From: Minisyncoccota bacterium
GTDB taxonomy: Bacteria; Patescibacteriota; Minisyncoccia; Phycocordibacterales; SBAW01
Assembly: GCA_035510635.1 (NCBI GenBank)
Contig: DATKGU010000001.1
Span: forward strand, 649 to 64,648
Direction: 5' to 3'
DNA length: 64,000 nt
Positions 19,426-27,543 of the stretch are shown piece after piece; position 1 is the first letter of the stretch, and each line of letters starts with the position of its first letter. The position numbers and the translations under genes are program-made. Below the pieces are notes generated by a model. The model ran no database searches. It was not told where the DNA came from and worked only from the letters and a program-made list of their open reading frames with translations.

Positions 19426-20046
19426 ATGGATGACATCGAACAAAAAGACGTTATAGCAGAGGCGGCACCGGAGATTGTTGCCGATGTGGCTCTTCCTGTT
19501 GTCGAGGAGGTAGCGCCGGCACCTGCCGACACGCGCCGCGCGCGCCCTGATAGGCGTGGCGGCAAGCCAGGTGAGCGCGGTGGTCGCCGCCCCTCAACCC
19601 GCCGCCCCGAGCGCAAAAGCGAGTTTGACCAGCGCATCATCACGATACGCCGCGTGTCTCGCGTGGTCGCCGGCGGTCGCCGCTTCTCTTTCTCCGTGGC
19701 AATCATCATCGGCAATAAAAAAGGCAGAGTGGGTGTCGGCCTCGGCAAAGCAGGGGACACCACGCTCGCTATCGACAAGGCGGTGCGCAATGCAAAGAAA
19801 AACATGATAACGGTGCCGCTCACCAAAAACTCCTCAATAACGCACGATGTGTCCGCAAAATATTGCGCATCGATTGTCACCATGACACCGGCACGCGGCC
19901 GCGGCTTGGTGGCGGGCTCCTCGGTACGCCCGGTGCTTGAGCTCTGCGGCATCAACGACATCGTTGCCAAGATACACTCGGGCAGCAAAAACGGTCTCAA
20001 CAATGCACGCGCCGCAATTGAGGCACTAAAGACGCTAAAGGCGTAA
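19426..20046 (+). CDS. rpsE: 30S ribosomal protein S5
   Basis: RVSRVVAGGRRFSF, GVGLGKA. Confidence 0.96.
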   Translation: MDDIEQKDVIAEAAPEIVADVALPVVEEVAPAPADTRRARPDRRGGKPGERGGRRPSTRRPERKSEFDQRIITIRRVSRVVAGGRRFSFSVAIIIGNKKGRVGVGLGKAGDTTLAIDKAVRNAKKNMITVPLTKNSSITHDVSAKYCASIVTMTPARGRGLVAGSSVRPVLELCGINDIVAKIHSGSKNGLNNARAAIEALKTLKA

Positions 20047-20080
20047 ATAGAAATTTTAATTTCTATATATAAAAAAAGAT

Positions 20081-20527
20081 ATGCAACTCCACGATTTAAA
20101 ACGCAAAACAGAAAACAAGTCGCCTAAGCGCGTTGGCCGCGGCGGCGGTCGCGGTAAAACCTCCGGTCGCGGTACCAAGGGTCAAAAGGCGCGCGCGGGT
20201 CACAGCATCATGCCGGCCATCCGCGAGCAGCTCAAAAAGCTCCCTAAGCTCCGGGGCAGGGGCGTGGGCGGTCTCATCACCATCCAAAACAAGCCGCTTG
20301 TCGTTAATCTCTCGAGCCTCGAAACGGCGTTTCTCGCAGGCGATGCAGTCAATCCTAAAACGCTCATCGAGCGCGGCCTTATCCGCACGCGCAAAAACAT
20401 GTCCAAAGCCCCGATTGTTAAAATCCTCGGCGGCGGTGAGCTCACAAAGAAGTTTGTCATCACTGGTTGCAGTGTGTCCGGCAGTGCTCGGGCAAAGATA
20501 GAGCAGGCGGGCGGTTCGGTCGCATAA
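20081..20527 (+). CDS. rplO: 50S ribosomal protein L15
   Basis: RVGRGGGRGKTSGRGTKGQKAR. Confidence 0.96.
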   Translation: MQLHDLKRKTENKSPKRVGRGGGRGKTSGRGTKGQKARAGHSIMPAIREQLKKLPKLRGRGVGGLITIQNKPLVVNLSSLETAFLAGDAVNPKTLIERGLIRTRKNMSKAPIVKILGGGELTKKFVITGCSVSGSARAKIEQAGGSVA

Positions 20528-20533
20528 CACTTT

Positions 20534-21808
20534 ATGATGAACACCTTTTTCCAAAAATTTGCGTTACTCATCCGTGACGCTCAATTGCGCAACCGCCTCC
20601 TTTTTGTGCTGGGCGCGTTGGCGGTGTTTCGCGTGCTTGCGGCTATCCCGATCCCTGGCGTTAATGCCGCGCAGCTCCAACTCTTTTTTTCTAACAATCA
20701 ATTTTTTGGCCTGCTCAACCTCTTTTCAGGCGGCGGGCTCTCGAGTCTCTCGCTGGTGCTCCTTGGCGTCGGCCCGTACATCACGGCCTCCATCATCATG
20801 CAGCTTCTCACTATTATGGTGCCGAGCTTAAAGCAACTCTACCAAGAGGAGGGTGAGCTTGGCCGCCAAAAGTTTAGCCAATACTCGCGCCTTATTACGC
20901 TCCCCATTGCCGCACTCCAAGGCTTTAGCTTTATTTTGATACTCGAGCGCGAGGGCGTCATTGCCTCGCTCTCGCCTTTTCAGCTTGGGGTTAACATCCT
21001 CGTGGTGGTTGCAGGCTCGATGCTGCTCATGTGGATAGGCGAGCTCATCTCTGAGTTTGGCCTCGGCAACGGCGTGTCGCTCATCATCTTTGCGGGCATT
21101 GTGGCACGCATCCCGCGCACCGCGAGCCAAGCAATATTCTCGTTTAATACTTCGCAGTTGCCGATGTACTTGGCCTTTGCCGTTGCCGCGCTCGCCATCG
21201 TGATGGCTGTGGTGGTGGTCAACGAGGCCGAGCGCCCGGTGCCGGTAACCTACGCTAAGCGCATTCGCGGGATGAAGACCTACGGCGGCCAATCAACCTA
21301 CTTGCCGCTCCGTCTCAACCAAGCAGGCGTTATTCCGATTATCTTTGCGCTTTCGTTTTTGCTTATCCCGCAAATGTTTGCGACGTTCTTCCAAGCATCA
21401 ACCCACGCATGGCTCGCAAATACCTCCTCGTTTATACTCTCGTGGCTCCAAAACCTCGGGTTTTACGGCAGTGTCTACTTTGTGCTCGTCGTATTGTTTA
21501 CTTACTTTTACACCGCGGTTACCTTCGACCCTCACGCCATTGCCGAAAATTTGCAAAAGAACGGCGCGTTTATCCCCGGCGTACGCCCCGGCGGCTCCAC
21601 GCAGGAGTACTTGGGCAAGGTAATCACTCGCATCACGCTCGTAGGCGCACTCTTCCTCGGTATTATCGCCGTGTTGCCGATTGCTATGCAGTCTTTGAGC
21701 GGTATACAGAGCCTCACAATCGGCGGCACCGCACTTCTCATCGTCGTTTCGGTCATTCTCGACCTCGCGCGCCGTGTTGACGCGCAGATATCTATACGCG
21801 AGTATTAA
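20534..21808 (+). CDS. secY: preprotein translocase SecY
   Basis: GVGPYITASIIMQLL, GNGVSLIIF, IPGVRPG. Confidence 0.98.
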   Translation: MMNTFFQKFALLIRDAQLRNRLLFVLGALAVFRVLAAIPIPGVNAAQLQLFFSNNQFFGLLNLFSGGGLSSLSLVLLGVGPYITASIIMQLLTIMVPSLKQLYQEEGELGRQKFSQYSRLITLPIAALQGFSFILILEREGVIASLSPFQLGVNILVVVAGSMLLMWIGELISEFGLGNGVSLIIFAGIVARIPRTASQAIFSFNTSQLPMYLAFAVAALAIVMAVVVVNEAERPVPVTYAKRIRGMKTYGGQSTYLPLRLNQAGVIPIIFALSFLLIPQMFATFFQASTHAWLANTSSFILSWLQNLGFYGSVYFVLVVLFTYFYTAVTFDPHAIAENLQKNGAFIPGVRPGGSTQEYLGKVITRITLVGALFLGIIAVLPIAMQSLSGIQSLTIGGTALLIVVSVILDLARRVDAQISIREY

Positions 21809-21812
21809 GCGC

Positions 21813-22388
21813 ATGGACACGCGCACGTTTCTTATGATGGGGCGGCCCGGCTCGGGCAAAGGCACCCAGGCAAAATTGCTTGCCGACAAAATCGGCGGAG
21901 TGGTGTATTCGTCGGGCAATAGGCTTAGACCGATGAGTCAAACTGACACCCCGTTTGGTCACAAAGCCAAACAGGTTATGGAGAGCGGAGATCTTATGCC
22001 CGAGTGGGCTTCGGAGTTTTTATTTGAGGAAGCGCTTATAGGCTTGCGCGCCGAGGATGGAATTGTGTTTGAAGGTGCGTGTAGGCGCGAATTGGAGGCC
22101 GTAAAATTTCACGAAGTTTCAACATGGCTTGAGCGGCCTTACATTACAATTTATTTAGACGCAAGTGAGACGGTGCTTATGGATAGGCTTCTTAAACGCT
22201 ACACACTCCAAAATCGTCCCGATGATGCAAATTCCGAAGTCATCAAAAACAGATTCGATAAATTTACTAAAAACACGCTCCCAGCAGTAAATCATTTTAA
22301 AAAAGAGGGCACGCTGCTTGCCGTCAACGGCGACCAATCAGTCGAGGCGGTGCATGCCGACGTTCTTAAAGCCCTACATTTATCGTGA
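21813..22388 (+). CDS. adk: adenylate kinase (short LID type)
   Basis: GRPGSGKGTQ P-loop, RPDD; synteny after secY. Confidence 0.85.
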   Translation: MDTRTFLMMGRPGSGKGTQAKLLADKIGGVVYSSGNRLRPMSQTDTPFGHKAKQVMESGDLMPEWASEFLFEEALIGLRAEDGIVFEGACRRELEAVKFHEVSTWLERPYITIYLDASETVLMDRLLKRYTLQNRPDDANSEVIKNRFDKFTKNTLPAVNHFKKEGTLLAVNGDQSVEAVHADVLKALHLS

Positions 22389-23146
22389 TTTCAAAAACCG
22401 AGAATGAAATAAAAAATTTGCGCACCGGAGGCAAGCTCTTGGCTCGTGTGCTTCGCGAACTTAGCGCGATGGTAGAGCCCGGTATCACGACTGCGTCGCT
22501 GGATATTGCAGCGGAGAAAATAATACGAGAGGGTGGGGGAGTGCCGGCGTTTTTAAACTATCTACCTGAAGGCGGCGCGTATCCTTTCCCTGCAACCTTG
22601 TGCATTTCTCTCAATGATGAGGTGGTGCACGGCATCCCCTCAACTGAAAGGGTATTAAAAAATGGTGATATGATCTCGCTTGATTTAGGCCTCTCGTACA
22701 ACGGTTATTTTGTCGATTCGGCTCGGACACTGTGCGTCGGCGAGGGAGACGCTACTGCGCAAAAACTTATCGAAGCCACTAAAGAGGCAACGATGGCGGG
22801 CATTAAAGCCGCGCGCGTGGGCAATAGGGTGGGCGACATCGGTGCGGCCATCGAGGAGGTGGCAAAAAAATATCATTTTGAGGTGGTAGAAGACTTGGGT
22901 GGCCATGCAGTGGGCAAAGAAGTGCACGAAACGCCGTACATCCCCAACGAGGGCGTACCGGGCACGGGCCCCAAACTCCAGGAGGGTTTGGTGATAGCAA
23001 TCGAGCCGATGCTCGCCGAGGGTAAGGGTGCTATTACGCTCATGGAAGATGAGTGGACCTACCGTATGCGCGACAAAAAACGCTGCGCGCATGTTGAGCA
23101 CACCATCATCATTACCAAGAAAGGTCCCGAGATTTTAACCGCCTAA
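22385..23146 (+). CDS. map: methionine aminopeptidase type I
   Basis: CISLNDEVVHGIP, GHAVG..HE, AIEPM, AHVEHT. Confidence 0.96.
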   Translation: MISKTENEIKNLRTGGKLLARVLRELSAMVEPGITTASLDIAAEKIIREGGGVPAFLNYLPEGGAYPFPATLCISLNDEVVHGIPSTERVLKNGDMISLDLGLSYNGYFVDSARTLCVGEGDATAQKLIEATKEATMAGIKAARVGNRVGDIGAAIEEVAKKYHFEVVEDLGGHAVGKEVHETPYIPNEGVPGTGPKLQEGLVIAIEPMLAEGKGAITLMEDEWTYRMRDKKRCAHVEHTIIITKKGPEILTA

Positions 23147-23183
23147 TATTGCAAAATAAGGCTGCTTATTGTACAGTGCGGTC

Positions 23184-23768
23184 ATGATACAACCGAAGGA
23201 GGAGATAACGTATGTAATGATAAAGCCCGACGGCGTACGCAAGGGCCTTATCGGCGAGATTATCAAGCGCATGGAGCAGCGCGACCTTAAGATAATTGCG
23301 CTTGAGATGTTTCAACCTACCTTTAAAGAAATGGACAACCATTATCCCAAGAGTGAGGCGTGGATCCATCGCCTTGGCGAGCGTACCAGCGCTACCTACG
23401 AAAAATACGGACACGATTTAAAGCGCGACTTTGGTACAACCAATTTGGACAAAGTGGGCGCCACCGTACGCAAGTGGCTCATCGACTATATGGTGTCGGC
23501 GCCGCTCGTTAAAATGGTAGTGCAAGGCGTGCACGCGGTAGATATGGTGCGCAAAATTGTCGGCCCTACGATGCCCTCACTTGCCGAGATGGGCACTATC
23601 CGCGGGGATTTTTCTATCGACTCGGCTATTAGCGCCAACATTGAGAAGCGCGCGGTCATGAACTTGGTGCACGCAAGCGAGACACAAGAGGAGGCCAAGC
23701 ACGAAATCAAACACTGGTTTGGTAAAAAAGGCGTATTTAAATACAAAAGGTTTGGTGTTGACGAATAA
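23184..23768 (+). CDS. ndk: nucleoside diphosphate kinase
   Basis: MIKPDGV, GTIRGDF, NLVHAS. Confidence 0.93.
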   Translation: MIQPKEEITYVMIKPDGVRKGLIGEIIKRMEQRDLKIIALEMFQPTFKEMDNHYPKSEAWIHRLGERTSATYEKYGHDLKRDFGTTNLDKVGATVRKWLIDYMVSAPLVKMVVQGVHAVDMVRKIVGPTMPSLAEMGTIRGDFSIDSAISANIEKRAVMNLVHASETQEEAKHEIKHWFGKKGVFKYKRFGVDE

Positions 23769-23794
23769 AACAACGGAAGAGTATAATTGGGATA

Positions 23795-23909
23795 GGACTG
23801 CGGAGGCAAAGTCCTTAAATACACAATCGGGAGCTTGGAGTTGTATAGTCGTAAAGATTACACACAGAGCACCCACCTGGTACTAACCAGGACAAGCTTT
23901 CGGAGTCCC
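23795..23909 (+). ncRNA. ssrS: compact 6S-like RNA
   Basis: own promoter (TTGACG-18-TATAAT), 5'/3' closing stem, central bubble, GGGAGC and GCACCCACCTG motifs recalled from 6S RNAs, terminator follows. Confidence 0.6.
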
Positions 23910-23911
23910 AC

Positions 23912-23941
23912 AAAAAATCTCACCCTAGGGTGAGATTTTTT
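23912..23941 (+). terminator. intrinsic terminator
   Basis: aaaaaatctcaccc-ta-gggtgagatttttt. Confidence 0.75.
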
Positions 23942-24006
23942 GTTATAGTGTATAGAGAAAGTAAAATAACAACTTTTTAAACTTATTATTTTACTTTCTC
24001 TAAACC

Positions 24007-25374
24007 ATGCAATCAAAAGTATATTTCTACGGCGCGGCGGGTTCGGTTACGGGCTCTAATTTTTTACTTGATACAGGTGGTTCCAAAACGCTCATCGATT
24101 GCGGGCTCTTTCAAGGCAAAAATGCAGGGGAGGAAAACAATTGGGCCGAGTTTCCATTTGATGCTAAAGCAATACCTGTGCTTGTAAACACGCACGCACA
24201 CATCGACCACATCGGCCGCATCCCGCTTTTGGTAAAACGCGGGTTTAAGGGCCGCATCATCTCAACCGAGGCCACACGTGCGATGTCGTTGCCGCTCCTC
24301 CTCGATTGCATGAGCCTCATCAATCACGACGCCGAGCTGCACGGCAAAGAGCCGCTCTACGACGAGCATGACATCAACGCAGCCATGGCGCTGTGGGAAG
24401 GCATTGCGTATCATCAAAAAATAGATTTGGATGACGGTGTGCAGGTGGAGCTCCTAGACTCGGGGCATATTTTGGGCTCGGCAATGGCAAAGTTTACGCG
24501 CGGGAGTAGCAACATTGTGTTTACCGGTGATTTGGGCGGCGGCAACTCGCCGCTTTTGCCGCCGATAGATGATTTAACCGACGCACAGTATCTGGTGATG
24601 GAGAGCGTCTATGGCAATAAAGTGCGGCCGGAAGGAGAGTCTGCACACACGCGCGACATGCTCGAGAATGTTATCGAGGAGAGCATTGCTCGCGGCGGCA
24701 CGCTGCTTATCCCTGCTTTCTCAACCGAGCGCACGCAAGATTTGCTGTTTGAAATCCGCACGCTCATGGTGGAAAAACGCGTGCCATCCGTGCCGGTATA
24801 TATCGACTCGCCGTTGGCAAAACAGATGACCGAAGCATTTTTGAAATATCCGCAATACTTTAGCGAAGCGCTGCAACAGCGTATTAAAAACGGAGAGAAG
24901 ATTTTTGATTTCCCCGAGATGCACACTGTCGAAGATGATGAAGAGTCACGACATTTGGGGGAGGTAGCTGGACCCAACATTATCCTTGCAGGCTCGGGCA
25001 TGAGCAACGGCGGCCGCGTGATAAACCACGAGCGCCGTATATTGCCCGACAAAAAATCGACGCTCCTTATCGTAGGATATCAAGCGGCGGGGAGCCTCGG
25101 CCGGAGGCTTGTTGAGGGCGCTAAAGAGGTTGTGATACATAAAGAAAAAGTGCCGGTACATTGCCGCGTGGAGGCTATCTACGGCTACTCGGCGCACATG
25201 GACGGCGAGCAATTGGTGGAGTTTGTAAATAAAACAAGGAGCACATTAAAAGAAGTGTTTGTGGTGATGGGCGAGCCTGTTGCCTCGAATACGTTGGTGC
25301 AACGCATCCGTGATTATCTCAGTGTGAAAGCAATAGCGCCCGAAGCGGGGGAGAGCGCTGTTGTTGAGTTTTAG
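24007..25374 (+). CDS. MBL-fold beta-CASP ribonuclease
   Basis: IDCGLFQG, THAHIDHIG, GHILGS, ESVYG, SAHMD. Confidence 0.92.
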   Translation: MQSKVYFYGAAGSVTGSNFLLDTGGSKTLIDCGLFQGKNAGEENNWAEFPFDAKAIPVLVNTHAHIDHIGRIPLLVKRGFKGRIISTEATRAMSLPLLLDCMSLINHDAELHGKEPLYDEHDINAAMALWEGIAYHQKIDLDDGVQVELLDSGHILGSAMAKFTRGSSNIVFTGDLGGGNSPLLPPIDDLTDAQYLVMESVYGNKVRPEGESAHTRDMLENVIEESIARGGTLLIPAFSTERTQDLLFEIRTLMVEKRVPSVPVYIDSPLAKQMTEAFLKYPQYFSEALQQRIKNGEKIFDFPEMHTVEDDEESRHLGEVAGPNIILAGSGMSNGGRVINHERRILPDKKSTLLIVGYQAAGSLGRRLVEGAKEVVIHKEKVPVHCRVEAIYGYSAHMDGEQLVEFVNKTRSTLKEVFVVMGEPVASNTLVQRIRDYLSVKAIAPEAGESAVVEF

Positions 25375-25486
25375 GAATCCTAAGAAAAAGGATTAGGAGG
25401 GGCTCTTGAGCGCGACGGCGCGAAAGCTGAGCAAATTTTTAGCAAAAAATTTGAGTACCCTCAGAATCCTTTTTCTTAGGATTCCT
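25373..25486. repeat. MITE/REP-like palindromic element
   Basis: perfect 22-bp terminal inverted repeat aggaatcctaagaaaaaggatt with internal hairpins. Confidence 0.7.
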
Positions 25487-25507
25487 TTTGGTGGTAGTAT
25501 TGAGCAA

Positions 25508-26140
25508 ATGGAAGAAACATCGAACAAGACCGCCACGGTTGACCCAAAAAATTTGCATCTCCACATCAAGCTCGGTGTCTCCGGTGCTGCCGAGACAGGC
25601 CATTGCGGTGTTGATGCATACGACAAAGGTCTTGAGCTTGGTCGTGAGATAGCCAAGCAAGGCGCGGTATGTGTCACGGGCGCCACCACCGGCTTCCCGC
25701 TATGGGCGGCGATGGGTGCAAAATCGGCCGGAGGGTTTGTCATTGGCTTCTCACCTGCAAGCTCCGAGAAGGAACATATCGAGCAATACAACTTGCCGGT
25801 GGAGTACCACGACCTCATCGTGTACACCGGCTTTGGCTATCCGGGCCGCGATCTTATTTTTACACGCTCGGTTGACGGCATGTTTTTTGGATGCGGGCGT
25901 ATAGGCACCATACATGAGTTTACGATTGCGTTTGAGGACAACAAGCCGCTTGGTGTGTATGAGGGCGGATGGCCCACCTCGGAGGAGATAAAAAATATTT
26001 TGGCAAACGGCCACCGCCCCAACGAGCACATCCGCTTTGGCGCCGACCCAAAGGCGTTGGTAGGGGAGATACTCGCATTGATAAAAGAGGACAAAATAAA
26101 CAGAGCCTCGTTTAGGTTCGAAAACCCCGACAACGCTTGA
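25508..26140 (+). CDS. LOG/SLOG family protein
   Basis: VTGATTG, GFSP, GRIGTIHEF; start reassigned to 25508. Confidence 0.8.
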   Translation: MEETSNKTATVDPKNLHLHIKLGVSGAAETGHCGVDAYDKGLELGREIAKQGAVCVTGATTGFPLWAAMGAKSAGGFVIGFSPASSEKEHIEQYNLPVEYHDLIVYTGFGYPGRDLIFTRSVDGMFFGCGRIGTIHEFTIAFEDNKPLGVYEGGWPTSEEIKNILANGHRPNEHIRFGADPKALVGEILALIKEDKINRASFRFENPDNA

Positions 26141-26299
26141 AATAAGCCCTTGTCTTATCCACAGCAAGACTTGCTAATTCCAGTATTAGGTGTATAATTA
26201 GATTTAGCTATATAGTAATTATAGCCCTATGGAATTAGAGTTTTTTCAATTCTAGTCCAATAGAATTAGAAAAGTGTTAATTCCAGTACATAATTTTAC

Positions 26300-27445
26300 A
26301 TGACAAAAACAAGACCAAAAGGACCTTTTAATCTGCCCAAACTTCCTCCCAAGGTATCCTATGCTGACATTGTTGAGCATATTGCTAAGGCGCACACAGC
26401 ACTCGCCCGTCTTGATGAAATGTTGAAGCATATGGGGAATCTATCTCACCTAGAGAGCACCTTTTTTACTCGCGAAGCAGTGTTGAGTTCTAAAATAGAA
26501 GGGACTCAAGTAACACTTGAAGATGTCCTTAAAGAAGAAGCTGAAGGAAAAAAAGAAGTTAACGAAAATACCGAAAGGCAGCGGGATATTGTTGAAGTTC
26601 TAAACTACAGGAGGGCTCTTCGTCTCGGTCTAAAAATGATTGGGGAAGGGGAGTCCCTTGCTGAAAATAACGTAAAAGAGCTTCACAAAATTCTCTTGCA
26701 ATCTGAAAGAGGAAGGACAAGAGCACCCGGGCAATTTCGTAGAGAGCAAGTATATATAGCACCAAAAGGTACGCCTATGGACGAGGCGCGATATATACCC
26801 CCGAGCCCAAATGATATTTCGGAACTGTATAGCAATTTTGATCGGTATCTCAATACGGAAAATGCTGAGCGAGATCCCCTCGTTCAAATTGCAGTGGCAC
26901 ACTATCAATTTGAAGCTATTCACCCATTTAAAGATGGGAACGGGCGTGTCGGCAGATTATTGATACCCCTTTTTCTCTATAAAAGAAAGATTATTGCTCA
27001 TCCTTTTATTTATATAAGTAAGTACTTTGAGGAACACAGACGTGATTATTACGATTTATTGGCCGACGTAAGCTATGAGAGGGCGTGGACAGCCTGGATA
27101 CGGTTTTTCCTACATGGGCTTTGTGAACAAGCCAATGAAGCTACTGAGCTTGGGAGGGCAATTATCAAATTGCGGGATGAGTACCGGTCTCACTTGGCCG
27201 AGTTACACTCGACCTATGCTTTTAATCTCCTTGATGCAATTTTTGAGAGACCATATTTCACCCCGGTCCTTATAGGCAAATTGGCTCATATTAAGAATCC
27301 CCAAACGGTATTAACGTTGATTGGTAAATTTTTAGAGGCTAAAATTATTACTGACTTAACTCCAAAGAAAAAACGCAATAAAATATATGAATTTCATCAC
27401 CTCACAAAGTTATTGCAAGGAAGAGATAAAAAAGGCTCAGACTAA
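26300..27445 (+). CDS. Fic family protein
   Basis: HPFKDGNGRVGR; inhibitory SSKIEG motif; C-terminal HTH-like region. Confidence 0.93.
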   Translation: MTKTRPKGPFNLPKLPPKVSYADIVEHIAKAHTALARLDEMLKHMGNLSHLESTFFTREAVLSSKIEGTQVTLEDVLKEEAEGKKEVNENTERQRDIVEVLNYRRALRLGLKMIGEGESLAENNVKELHKILLQSERGRTRAPGQFRREQVYIAPKGTPMDEARYIPPSPNDISELYSNFDRYLNTENAERDPLVQIAVAHYQFEAIHPFKDGNGRVGRLLIPLFLYKRKIIAHPFIYISKYFEEHRRDYYDLLADVSYERAWTAWIRFFLHGLCEQANEATELGRAIIKLRDEYRSHLAELHSTYAFNLLDAIFERPYFTPVLIGKLAHIKNPQTVLTLIGKFLEAKIITDLTPKKKRNKIYEFHHLTKLLQGRDKKGSD

Positions 27446-27543
27446 TAGAGTCTCGTTCCGCTTCGAAAACCCCGACTCAGCATAAAAAGTTATCCCCACA
27501 CCCCGCGCTTCCACCTCATATATAATGGTACAATGAGTGCATC

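Noticed and set aside
25406-25507. N-terminal extension of the LOG-family ORF
   Set aside because: Runs through the palindromic element; ATG 25508 with a -10 just upstream is the better start.
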